Below are positions 1 to 13,434 of a stretch of 64,000 bases of DNA, piece after piece. The notes under the pieces are model-generated. The model saw nothing but the letters and a program-made list of their open reading frames with translations, searched no databases and had not been told where the DNA came from. The position numbers and the translations under genes are program-made. The DNA is from Planctomycetota bacterium (GTDB lineage Bacteria > Planctomycetota > UBA8108 > JACQVS01): the NCBI GenBank assembly GCA_016209605.1, contig JACQVS010000106.1, positions 6,916-70,915 on the forward strand, written 5' to 3'. Positions within the stretch are counted from its first letter, which is position 1; every line of letters starts with the position of its first letter.

Positions 1-469
<469 letters not shown>

Positions 470-483
<14 letters not shown>

Positions 484-1636
484 CTTCTCTCAAGGCTTGC
501 ACCTTGTCGGTACGTTCCCAGGTGTAGTCGGGATGGTTGCGGCCGAAGTGGCCGTGGCGCGCGGTCTCCTTGTAAATCGGCCGGCGCAGGTTGAGGGCTT
601 CGATGATGCCCTTGGGCTTGAGCGGGAAGTGTTTGCGGACCAGCTTCTCGAGGCGCTCGCGCGGCACCCTTCCGGTTCCGAAGGCGTCGACCATCACCGC
701 CACCGGATCGGCGACGCCAATGGCGTAGGACATCTGCACCTCGCACCTTTCCGCCAGGCCGGCGGCGACGATGTTCTTGGCGATGTAGCGGGCCATGTAG
801 CAGGCGCTGCGGTCGACCTTGCTGGGATCCTTGCCGGAGAAGGCGCCGCCACCGTGGCGGCCCATGCCCCCGTAAGTGTCGGCAATGATCTTGCGGCCGG
901 TCAAACCGGTGTCGCCGTGCGGACCGCCGATCACGAAACGGCCGGTGGGGTTGATATGGTAAATGGTTTCCTCATCGAGAAGGTGGGCGGGAATGACCCG
1001 GCGGATGAGCTTTTCGATCAAATCCTCGCGGATCTTCTCGTAGGACACCTCCGGGGTATGCTGGGAGGAGACCACCACCGTGTCGATCCGCGCCGGCTTC
1101 CCCCCTTCGTACTGGACCGTGACTTGCGTCTTGCCGTCCGGCCGAAGGTAGTGAATCTCGCCCGTTTTCCGCAGGCGCGCGAGCTCTTCGACCAGTCGCC
1201 GGGCAAGGGTGATGGGGAGGGGCATCAGCTCCGGCGTCTCGTTGCAGGCGAAGCCGAACATCAGCCCCTGATCGCCGGCCCCCTGCTCCTTGTGCAGGCC
1301 CTGGCCTTCGGTGACGCCGATGGAAATGTCTTCCGACTGCTGCTGGATGCTGGTGACCACGGCGCAGGTTTCATAATCGAAGCCCATGGCGGCATCGGTG
1401 TATCCGACCTCCTGAATGGTCTGGCGGACGACGACCGGGATGTCGACATAGCAGGAGGTGGAAATTTCGCCAGCGACGAAAGCCAGTCCGGTGGTGACCA
1501 GGGCCTCGCAAGCCACCCGCGCGCCGGGATCTTGTGCCAGGATGGCATCGAGGATGGCATCGGAAATTTGATCGGCAATCTTGTCCGGATGGCCCATGGT
1601 GACTGCTTCCGAAGTGAAGAGGGTCTTTTCCCCCAT
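470..1636 (-). CDS. metK: S-adenosylmethionine synthetase
   Basis: 388 aa; [53 protein letters not shown] motifs are diagnostic of MetK. Confidence 0.95.
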
Positions 1637-1764
1637 GTCGTCTCCTTATCGAGAATTGAACGCCATCGAATCCACCGGCAACCACGGAAAACGCCGGATC
1701 ATGGTTTCTTTAAACCCGGAATGATATCAAAATCCGGGCGGGGTACCAAGTTTGAATTGGGCCG

Positions 1765-3084
1765 TCACCGTAATTTTTCCCTGAGCCACTCGACATGCCG
1801 CTCGACCGCCCCCTGAAGCTCTCCCGCTGCTTGAGCAGCCCGCCTCCCGAGGTCTTCGCGCTCCGCGGGGCTGGAGAGCAGATGCTCGACCTCTTGGCGC
1901 AGCCGCTCCTTCCCCTCCACCTGCACCGCGGCCCGGCGTTCCAGGAAGTGCTGGGCGAGGTCGGCGAAGTTGAAGATGAACGGTCCGAAGAGGACCGGCT
2001 TCCCGAAGCGCGCCGGCTCGAGGAGGTTGTGCCCGCCGTACGGGATCAAGCTGCCGCCCACGAAGGCGATGCCGGCGATCTGATAAAACCGGTCGAGCTC
2101 GCCGATCTGGTCGACGACCAGGAACCGCGGCGCGGGAACTGCCCCGCTCGAGGCCGGCGGAGGGGCTCCCGCAAGCTCGCTCCAGCGCCGGGCGAGGCCC
2201 AGCCCGCTGCGCTGGCAGGCCTCCAGGACCTCCCCCGCCCGCTCGATGTGGCGGGGGGCCAGGATCCCCTTCAGGCCGGGAAGCCGCGGCTCCAGATCCC
2301 GGATCAGCTCGATTAGCGCCGCCTCCTCCCCCGGATGAGTGCACCCGCCCATGAGGATGGGACCCGCCTCTCCTCCCCCCCAGCCCAGGCGCCCCAGGGT
2401 CTCGCGAGGGAGGAAGGTCTTTGACCGGACATCGTACTTCAGGTTCCCGAGGATCCGGAGCCGATCCGCCGGCACTCCCAGGGAAGCGAAACGCCCGGCA
2501 TAAGCCTGGTTCTGGGCGGCGTACCCGGCGGGCAGCGAGAAAAGGAGCCGCCCCAGAAAACCGGCGGACCGATACCTCCTCGCCGAGCGCTCGGTCAGGC
2601 GGCCATTGGCCACGAAAACGGGAATGCCGAGGTCCCTCGCGGCGAGGAGGAAATTGGGCCAAAGCTCGAGCTCCACCAAAACCACCGCCTTGGAACGTAC
2701 CGCCCGCAAGGCGCGGCGGACCAGCCAGGAGAGGTCGAGGGGCATGTAAAAGAGCTGCAGGGCAGGCGCCGCCGGCAGAGCGCTTTTAGCGGCCGCCTCG
2801 AAGCCGGTTTCCGTGGAGGTGGAGAGCGCCAGGTCCCATTCCGGAAAGGCTTCCGCGAGCGCCGCGAGGAGCGGCAAGGCGGTGCGCACCTCGCCGACCG
2901 ACACGGCGTGCACCCACAGGCAGGGGCGCTCGGAGACCCGGCGCGGCGCCGGCACCGCCAGCCTCCTCTTCAAGCCGGCAAAATAGCGCTTGCCGGTGAA
3001 GAGCCGGGACTTGAGGAAGAGGGCGGCGAGAATGAAAGGAGCCGCCAGCAGGTAAATGAGGTCGAGAAGGAAGCGCACGGGCAA
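1765..3084 (-). CDS. waaA: 3-deoxy-D-manno-octulosonic acid (Kdo) transferase
   Basis: 439 aa; N-terminal membrane anchor, WVHAVSVGEV motif typical of KdtA/WaaA, glycosyltransferase C-terminal half. Confidence 0.85.
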   Translation of the reverse strand: MPVRFLLDLIYLLAAPFILAALFLKSRLFTGKRYFAGLKRRLAVPAPRRVSERPCLWVHAVSVGEVRTALPLLAALAEAFPEWDLALSTSTETGFEAAAKSALPAAPALQLFYMPLDLSWLVRRALRAVRSKAVVLVELELWPNFLLAARDLGIPVFVANGRLTERSARRYRSAGFLGRLLFSLPAGYAAQNQAYAGRFASLGVPADRLRILGNLKYDVRSKTFLPRETLGRLGWGGGEAGPILMGGCTHPGEEAALIELIRDLEPRLPGLKGILAPRHIERAGEVLEACQRSGLGLARRWSELAGAPPPASSGAVPAPRFLVVDQIGELDRFYQIAGIAFVGGSLIPYGGHNLLEPARFGKPVLFGPFIFNFADLAQHFLERRAAVQVEGKERLRQEVEHLLSSPAEREDLGRRAAQAAGELQGAVERHVEWLREKLR

Positions 3085-3277
3085 TGAGCACCGGTTAGAC
3101 TATTTCATCAAATATTCTATGCAGGCTTCAGAGAAATTTTTGTGACTGCGGACCAAACTCTAATCCGCTTTGCGTCTTATCTTGGCGTCCTTGGCGTCTT
3201 TGCGGTTATTATTGGGTTGCGGGCGGAGCGCCCTCTGCCTTTTGGGTTGGGGGCGCAGCCCGCCTTAGGGCAGCCTT

Positions 3278-5926
<2,649 letters not shown>

Positions 5927-5949
5927 TTGTTATTCTTTTACTTGCCCTG

Positions 5950-5989
5950 TGCAAATTTTGCGAGCTGAAGACAGCTCGCAAAATTTGCA
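5950..5989. repeat. Perfect 18-bp inverted repeat (tgcaaattttgcgagctg / cagctcgcaaaatttgca) with a 4-nt loop, between the pyrD 3' end and the secA start
   Basis: Read directly from the sequence. It lies about 25-65 nt upstream of the secA start codon on the minus strand and has no flanking U-tract on the transcribed strand. Confidence 0.6.
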
Positions 5990-5998
5990 AGGATACAG

Positions 5999-6916
5999 TT
6001 ATTTTATCGTTCCCACGACTTGTTCAATCGAATCCAATCCCTCTTCTTCTAGAAACCGATGCAAATCCTCCAGGATTTCCAGCACCGCCCGCGGCCGGAC
6101 GAACTGCACGGTGCCGATTTGCACGGCCCGCGCCCCGGCCACCAGGAAGTCCATGACGTCGTCGGCATTCATGATGCCGCCGATCCCCATGACCGGGATA
6201 TTGCAGCCGCGGGCCACTTGCCAGACCAGCCGCAAGGACAGCGGCTTGATGGCCGGGCCGCTCAGCCCGCCGGTGCGGGCGGGGAGGATCGCCTGGCGCT
6301 TGCGCCAGTCGATGGCCATGCCGACGAAGGTGTTGGTCAAGGTCAAAACGTCGGCGCCGCCGTCCTCGGCCGCCCTGGCGATCGACACGATGTCGGTGAC
6401 GTTGGGGGTCAGCTTGGCCAGGATCGGCTTCCGGGACGCGGCGCGGACCCGCTCGACCAGGAGCCGCGTGGCCTTCGGATCGATGCCGAACTCCATCCCC
6501 CCCTGCGGGCAGTTGGGGCAGGAGATGTTGAGTTCGAGGGCATCGACAGCCTCGCCGCCCTCCACCTCCTCCAGCCGCCGGGCCATCTCCACGTATTCAT
6601 CGACGGTATCGCCGACCAGATTGACCACCAGCAGGGTCCCGTAACCTCGCATGCGGGGGAGGTAATCGCGGAGGAAAGCGTCAAAGCCGGGATTTTGCAG
6701 GCCGATGGAGTTGAGCATTCCCGAGGCCGTCTCCACCACCCGCGGCGTCGGATTACCGCCCCGCGGCTTGATCGAGATGCTCTTTCCGATAATCCCGCCG
6801 TAGACGCCGGGATTCAGGAAAGGCTCCATTTCCTCCCCGTATCCGAAGGTTCCGGAGGCGCTGAAGACCGGATTCTTGGCTCGAAGCGGGCCGAGGGTGA
6901 CGGCTAGAGAGGGCAA
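5999..6916 (-). CDS. pyrD: Dihydroorotate dehydrogenase, class 1 catalytic subunit
   Basis: 305 aa; TIM-barrel DHOD motifs (NISCPN, GGIMNADDVMDFLVAGA), no N-terminal membrane anchor. Confidence 0.9.
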   Translation of the reverse strand: MPSLAVTLGPLRAKNPVFSASGTFGYGEEMEPFLNPGVYGGIIGKSISIKPRGGNPTPRVVETASGMLNSIGLQNPGFDAFLRDYLPRMRGYGTLLVVNLVGDTVDEYVEMARRLEEVEGGEAVDALELNISCPNCPQGGMEFGIDPKATRLLVERVRAASRKPILAKLTPNVTDIVSIARAAEDGGADVLTLTNTFVGMAIDWRKRQAILPARTGGLSGPAIKPLSLRLVWQVARGCNIPVMGIGGIMNADDVMDFLVAGARAVQIGTVQFVRPRAVLEILEDLHRFLEEEGLDSIEQVVGTIK

Positions 6917-7048
6917 TTTTTGCTCCTGAAAATTACGCTCCTTAAAATGATTTATCGCTTAAGTTTCTCGAATAAGTCATTATATAATCCGGACAGGTGA
7001 AAACAACGTATTCGGCAGAGACAAGTTCTGGGCGATGGGGATCGCCGC

Positions 7049-7963
7049 ATGGCTTCTGAAACCGCTTCCCAGACCGCCAGCTACCTGACCCGGTTCCTCT
7101 CTTACCTGCATCTGGAGCGAGGCTTTTCAACGAACACGGTTGAGGCCTACCGCCGCGACCTGGAGCGCTTTCTGGGCGGACTTGAGGAGGCAGGGGGCGT
7201 CGATCCTCGCAAAATCGGCGAGGAGACCATTTTCAACTTCCTGGTGGCGGAGCGGCGGCGGGGCTTGCACGCCCGCTCCATCCGCCGCAGCCTGGCGGCG
7301 GTGCGGACCTTTTTTCGATACTTGAGCCTGGAAGGGAAGGTGGAGCGCAACCCGGCCCGCCTCCTCGAAACCCCCAAGCTGGGCCGGCGCCTGCCCCCCG
7401 TCCTCTCCGAGAAGGAGATGGAGCGCCTGCTCGATGCCAGCAAGCAGCCCGCCAGCCGCTACCCGCGCCGCGACCGCGCCCTGCTGGAAATTCTCTACGC
7501 TTCGGGGCTGCGGGTCTCCGAGGTCATCGATCTGGCCATGGAGAACATCCACTGGGACCTCGGCATCCTGCGCACCATGGGAAAGGGGTCCAAGGAGCGC
7601 GTCGTCCCCGTGTCGCGGACGGCGCTGGCCGCCCTCAAGGAGTACCTGGAAACGGAGCGGCCACGCCTGGCCGATCGATCGGCCGGCAGCCGGGTCTTCC
7701 TCAGCCGGGGCGGCAAACCGCTGGGAAGGGAGGTGGTGCGCGCGATCTTGCTGCGCCACGCCAAGGCGGCCGGCGTCACCGGAAGGATCTCCCCCCACAC
7801 CCTGCGGCACTCCTTCGCCACCCACCTCCTCCACGGCGGTGCCGACCTGCGCGTCGTTCAGGAGATGCTGGGCCACGCCAAGGTGGACACGACGGAAATT
7901 TACACACACATCGAGCGTTCGCAGCTCAAGGAGCAGCACCGCAAGTACCATCCCCGCGGTTGA
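7049..7963 (+). CDS. Tyrosine recombinase, XerC/XerD family
   Basis: 304 aa; catalytic R...HTLRHSFATHLL...GH...Y tetrad context (HTLRHSFATHLLHGGADLRVVQEMLGHAKVDTTEIYTHI). Confidence 0.85.
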   Translation: MASETASQTASYLTRFLSYLHLERGFSTNTVEAYRRDLERFLGGLEEAGGVDPRKIGEETIFNFLVAERRRGLHARSIRRSLAAVRTFFRYLSLEGKVERNPARLLETPKLGRRLPPVLSEKEMERLLDASKQPASRYPRRDRALLEILYASGLRVSEVIDLAMENIHWDLGILRTMGKGSKERVVPVSRTALAALKEYLETERPRLADRSAGSRVFLSRGGKPLGREVVRAILLRHAKAAGVTGRISPHTLRHSFATHLLHGGADLRVVQEMLGHAKVDTTEIYTHIERSQLKEQHRKYHPRG

Positions 7964-8689
7964 TCACAACCTGACGTTCGTGAACTTCAAAATCGTGAAT
8001 CCCAGCCGGATGTGGTCCCCATCCTTGAGCACCGTCTTCTTGATGCGCTCGCCGTTCACCACCGTGCCGTTGGAGCTTTCCAGATCCACCACCACGAAAT
8101 GGTCGCGCACCTGCTCCACCGAGCTGTGCAGGCGCGACACCTTGCCATCGTGCAAGCGGATGTCGGAGGTGGTCAAGCGGCCGATCTGGAACTTGGTCTT
8201 TCCAACCAGAGGGAAGACCCGTCCTTTTTCCTCCCCCTCGACCACCAGCAAGGCGGGCACGGTGGCCGTTTTGACGGCGACTTCCTGCTCCTCCTCCGCT
8301 TCGTCTTGAACCTCCTCAGCGTCCGGCTCTGGCTGGCCGGTCATGGCCTCCAGATCGGGGGCGCAAGAAGCGGCCTTGCCGGGAGCGTTTTCGTCCACCA
8401 GATCAAACTGGATCTCCAGCTCGCCAGCTTTGATGAGGTCGCCGGGCTGGAGGACAACCCGCTCGATCTCTTGCCCATTTACCAAGGTGCCATGCTTGGA
8501 TCCCTGATCGTAGATGGAGTACTCCTCGTCCTTGCGGCAAATGCGGAAGTGGCTCATGGCCACGGAAGGCTCCTTGAGCAGGATATGATTGCCAGGGGAT
8601 CTCCCCCCTTCAAAGACGCTCAAATCTTTGAGAAGAAACATTTTTCCCGGCTCGCTGCCGTTCAAGAGCTCCAGCCGCCCGACTTTCAT
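7964..8689 (-). CDS. Tandem FHA-domain protein
   Basis: 241 aa; two forkhead-associated modules (GR...SR.H..I..., ...NGT.VNG..I) separated by an acidic linker. Tail-to-tail with the recombinase with zero spacing. Confidence 0.8.
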   Translation of the reverse strand: MKVGRLELLNGSEPGKMFLLKDLSVFEGGRSPGNHILLKEPSVAMSHFRICRKDEEYSIYDQGSKHGTLVNGQEIERVVLQPGDLIKAGELEIQFDLVDENAPGKAASCAPDLEAMTGQPEPDAEEVQDEAEEEQEVAVKTATVPALLVVEGEEKGRVFPLVGKTKFQIGRLTTSDIRLHDGKVSRLHSSVEQVRDHFVVVDLESSNGTVVNGERIKKTVLKDGDHIRLGFTILKFTNVRL

Positions 8690-8903
8690 GACACTTGAAA
8701 ATCCATCTCCACCTTTGAAAACAACGGGATCGACCCCCGGGCTAGATATTGCCAGCGCAGGGACTCCCCCTCAACCGTGTTGGGGTGAGTCTTCATGAGA
8801 AGTTTAAAACAGGATTCCCCCCCGATCAAATCGGCCGCTCGTTCCGCTTCATGAAGAACGCATTACGAGAATCTGAAATTTTACCGGCATTTTCAAGATA
8901 AGA

Positions 8904-10049
8904 TCATCTCGGAGAAACCATCAGCCAGCGGAGGTCGCTGGCATGAGAAAAGGTGATATCCATACCGAGCATATCCCGGGAATATGGCGCCATGGCCTGA
9001 GGCGAGACCACAAAGTTTCGACCCTTGGGATAATTGCTCCGGAATTCTGCCAATCCTTTGACTTCAAAGGAGGCAGCGTCCCATTTGCACTCAAAGGCAT
9101 CGCAAGCCCCGCGGCTTCGAGGGATCACGAAATCCACTTCCCGCTTTTGCTTGTCGCGCCAGAAATGGATAGCTTCCGAGCCTGATAAGGACGACAAAGT
9201 ATCCAGGACCAGATGCTCCCAAAGCAATCCACAATCATCGATCCGCAACTCCCCCCAGCCCCGGTAAAAGGCGGCAAATCCGGTATCGAACCCATAAACC
9301 TTGGGCTGCTGCAAGAGTTCCTGCCGGCCGCCGTGGTGATAAGGACGCAACAGGCGGATCGCATGAGTGACCTGAAGCACTTCGAGATAATTCAAGACGG
9401 TGGGACGGCTCAATCCGCATATTTTGGCCAGATTGGTGGCCTCGATGAGGCCACCGCTCTGGCGTAAGAGGGTTTCCAGCAGTAAAATAAAGCCTTTGCG
9501 TTTCTCGACCCGGAACAATTCCTGAATGTCCCTGGCATAATAAGAGTCGAGCCACTCGGCGTAAAACTCCGAATCCCTCTCCTCGGAAAGCAAAGCCTGC
9601 GGCAGGCCGCCGTGGAAGAGTCGTTTCTTCAGGTCGATCACCCCAAAGGCTGCCAACTCCTCGGCAATAACGGGCAAAAGGTGGACGGTTCTCTTTCTGC
9701 CGGCCAGGCTGTCACGGAACTTCTCCGTCGCGGCCAGCGTCGAAGATCCCGTGGCCAGCAGTTTCAAAGAGGGAAATGCGTCGGCGCCGATCTTCAAAAT
9801 CCTGCTGGGATCGTGGAGCTGGTGAATTTCGTCAAAAATGACGATCGGCTTCGAGACAGAAGCATAAAACCGCTCCGGATCTTTCAAAAGCTCCACCGTG
9901 CTGGGAAGATCGCAGTTGAGATAAGCGGCATCTGCAATGCTCCGGCAGAGGGTCGTTTTACCGACCCGGCGAACGCCAGCCAGCCAAGCAATTGGAGCTT
10001 TGGACCAAACATCATGAATTTTTTTCAGCCAGAGCTCGCGCCGAATCAT
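8904..10049 (-). CDS. AAA_14 / DUF4143-family ATPase
   Basis: 381 aa; Walker A GVRRVGKTT, domain order typical of the AAA_14+DUF4143 family. Confidence 0.8.
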   Translation of the reverse strand: MIRRELWLKKIHDVWSKAPIAWLAGVRRVGKTTLCRSIADAAYLNCDLPSTVELLKDPERFYASVSKPIVIFDEIHQLHDPSRILKIGADAFPSLKLLATGSSTLAATEKFRDSLAGRKRTVHLLPVIAEELAAFGVIDLKKRLFHGGLPQALLSEERDSEFYAEWLDSYYARDIQELFRVEKRKGFILLLETLLRQSGGLIEATNLAKICGLSRPTVLNYLEVLQVTHAIRLLRPYHHGGRQELLQQPKVYGFDTGFAAFYRGWGELRIDDCGLLWEHLVLDTLSSLSGSEAIHFWRDKQKREVDFVIPRSRGACDAFECKWDAASFEVKGLAEFRSNYPKGRNFVVSPQAMAPYSRDMLGMDITFSHASDLRWLMVSPR

Positions 10050-10114
10050 GAATGCCTATTTTACATTTAGCGGGTTAAATGTAAATAGTATTTTTAACGA
10101 TTCCCCTTTGCAAC

Positions 10115-10441
10115 TTACGGCCGCCGCAGTTCCTTGGCTTCCAAGTATCCGTCGCCGTTCCGGTCCAGCCGGTCGAACTCCCCCACTGGCCCCCGCCACT
10201 CCTGCCGCGACACCTTTCCGTCGCCGTCCCCGTCCCAGTCCTTTATCGGATTTCCCCTGGGCGGGCGCTCCGGCCGTCGCCTCTCGCCCGGCGCGCGTCC
10301 CCGCAACGCCTTCCCCTTCGACTTCCCCTCCAACTGGCCCAGGATCGACGCCACCCGGCGCTCGACGAACGGCTTCAGTCCGAACGCCGTCGCGTTCGCC
10401 GGCCCGCCACCGATCTCTACGTCCTCCGAGATCGACTTCAC
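10115..10441 (-). CDS. Small calcium-binding protein with two canonical EF-hand loops (start uncertain; possible GTG at 10441)
   Basis: C-terminus contains DWDGDGDGKVSRQE and DRNGDGYLEAKE, both perfect 12-residue EF-hand loops. The N-terminal 78 aa of the tracked 194-aa ORF overlap the upstream gene in another frame and are low complexity, so the true start is probably just downstream of 10467. Confidence 0.55.
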   Translation of the reverse strand: MKSISEDVEIGGGPANATAFGLKPFVERRVASILGQLEGKSKGKALRGRAPGERRRPERPPRGNPIKDWDGDGDGKVSRQEWRGPVGEFDRLDRNGDGYLEAKELRRP

Positions 10442-10466
10442 AAGCGTCGCCGTCGAATTCCCGGTT

Positions 10467-11777
10467 TTATTTGTTGCAGGGCAAGTCGTCGCGGGTGGGA
10501 TCGACTCCGGGATTGGGGTAGGGCTGGGGCAGGATGGGGCCCCCTTTGAAGAGGTAGTTGAGAATGTAAAAGGCGTCGGAGATGTCGAGGCGGCCATCGT
10601 CGTTGGCATCGGCGGCTTTCTGGCAAACCACCCTCTCGGTCCGGAAAAAGATGAAGTTGAGGACGCGGATGGGATCGGAGATATCGAGGTCCTCATCATC
10701 GTTGGCGTCGCCCCGGATGAACCTCGCCCCCAGCAAGAGCGACAGCCGGCCGTTTTCCTTGCGCGGCTCGACGCTCAGGTTGTTGACGATGAACAGATTG
10801 CGGATGGGCGGCTCACCGGCCCCATCCTGGAAAACGACCTCGGTGAACTCCTGGTCCGGGAGGGCCGACACCACCTGGATCTGCACCTTGGCGATGGCAA
10901 GGTTCAAGCCGCTGGCGGGAATAACCTGGTTTTCAAAAGGAGGCAAGGTGTCGAGGAGGACGCCCAGGATCAAGATCCCTCGATTGTTGTCGATCTTGGG
11001 AGCCACATATTCGGCGCCCACGGCCTCGGTGATGGTGTCTTCCACCCCCGCTCCCAGAACCTGCAGCCGGGCCGGATCAAACTTCACCGCCAGGGAAAAA
11101 CCCTGCAGCGGCTCGATGTTGAAGGCGGCGACTTCCAGCTCGATGGTCTGCCCCACCACCACATCCTCGAGGTCGCGGATCTTGAGATAATTGTCATTGA
11201 TCACCGTCGCCGCGCCGTTTACCAGGGTGACCGGCGGGATGCTCGAGCCGTCCCGATAAATCAACGCCGGCACCGGCGGAATGCCCAGATTGCTTTTGAG
11301 CAGAATGGGAAACTCCGATCCCGGCTTGAGCCCCTGCTCCATCGAGAAATCGAGGCGGACCAGCTTCACGGCCGTCCCGGAAGGAATGTCGTTCTGGAAG
11401 GGGGGCGTGTTGTCCAGGATCGCCTGGATGGTGGCATGCCCGCTGGAGGTGATCACCGGATAAAATACCTCGAGCGGCTTCCGCCCGATCGCCGTGCCGT
11501 CAAAGGAGAACTTGAGGAGCCGCATGGCATACTGAGGGAACTCGATGCCGAACTGGAAGCCGCGGATGGGCAGGTTGAGCTGGGCTTGGACGTAGAGTGA
11601 AAAATTGGACCCGGGAAGCACATCCTGCCGGCCCAAAGTTAGTACGGCATCCTGGGCCAAGATCTCCCCCGCCGCCAGAAAGGACACGAAACCTGCGACC
11701 GCTCTCAACCCGGCGGAGCGGGAGGTCTTCCTGGTGCCGCGTGAAAAAGGTGAACGGGGAGAAAAAGAGGCTTTCAT
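10467..11777 (-). CDS. Secreted protein with a C-terminal pair of dockerin-type calcium-binding repeats
   Basis: 436 aa; N-terminal signal peptide (AVAGFVSFLAAGEILAQ), beta-rich body, C-terminal GDANDDEDLDISDPIRVLNFIF and DANDDGRLDISDAFYILNYLFKG (dockerin type I-like). Confidence 0.7.
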   Translation of the reverse strand: MKASFSPRSPFSRGTRKTSRSAGLRAVAGFVSFLAAGEILAQDAVLTLGRQDVLPGSNFSLYVQAQLNLPIRGFQFGIEFPQYAMRLLKFSFDGTAIGRKPLEVFYPVITSSGHATIQAILDNTPPFQNDIPSGTAVKLVRLDFSMEQGLKPGSEFPILLKSNLGIPPVPALIYRDGSSIPPVTLVNGAATVINDNYLKIRDLEDVVVGQTIELEVAAFNIEPLQGFSLAVKFDPARLQVLGAGVEDTITEAVGAEYVAPKIDNNRGILILGVLLDTLPPFENQVIPASGLNLAIAKVQIQVVSALPDQEFTEVVFQDGAGEPPIRNLFIVNNLSVEPRKENGRLSLLLGARFIRGDANDDEDLDISDPIRVLNFIFFRTERVVCQKAADANDDGRLDISDAFYILNYLFKGGPILPQPYPNPGVDPTRDDLPCNK

Positions 11778-11930
11778 GAAAAATCTCCACGATCAAGCAG
11801 AGGCTGGAATTGATGGAACTGCGGATCAGAGCGTAAACGTCAGCCGTTTATTTCAAGACGTAGCCTCTATTGTAGCCCCTTTCAGCCAAGGGTCAATCGT
11901 GAAAACCCCGCCTTCCCCCCCCGGCTGGAT

Positions 11931-13286
<1,356 letters not shown>

Positions 13287-13298
13287 TCCCCCTTTCTT

Positions 13299-13378
13299 AT
13301 AATGCGGGCTTCGCCCGCAACCGAGCTATCCGCAACTTCTCCGCAAGAAGCGGAGAAGTTGCGGAGGAAAAATCTAAA
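13299..13378. repeat. Intergenic composite palindromic repeat, family A, copy 1 (forward orientation)
   Basis: taatgcgggcttcgcccgcaaccgagctatccgcaacttctccgcaAGAAgcggagaagttgcggaggaaaaat: a 6-bp hairpin plus a 16-bp hairpin. Near-identical copies at 22044, 26790 (reverse) and 43188 (reverse). Confidence 0.8.
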
Positions 13379-13434
13379 AAATCCTCTTCCCGATCCTTCT
13401 CCGGACCTTTTTCTAGACTTTTTTTGGACAGGGC

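Noticed and set aside
10134-11600. 488-aa plus-strand ORF and 30421..32547 (708 aa), 36899..38206 (435 aa), 48721..50373 (550 aa), 59123..61384 minus ORFs
   Set aside because: All antisense to strongly supported genes (the dockerin protein, PpiD-like, rnr, the PATAN protein, the RHS gene). Compositions are antisense-typical.
11778-11930. Possible sigma-54 (-24/-12) promoter upstream of the dockerin gene
   Set aside because: The best candidates (TTGGC-N9-GCTA and GGC-N11-GC) have wrong spacing by one nt or poor -12 elements. Not convincing without a scoring matrix.
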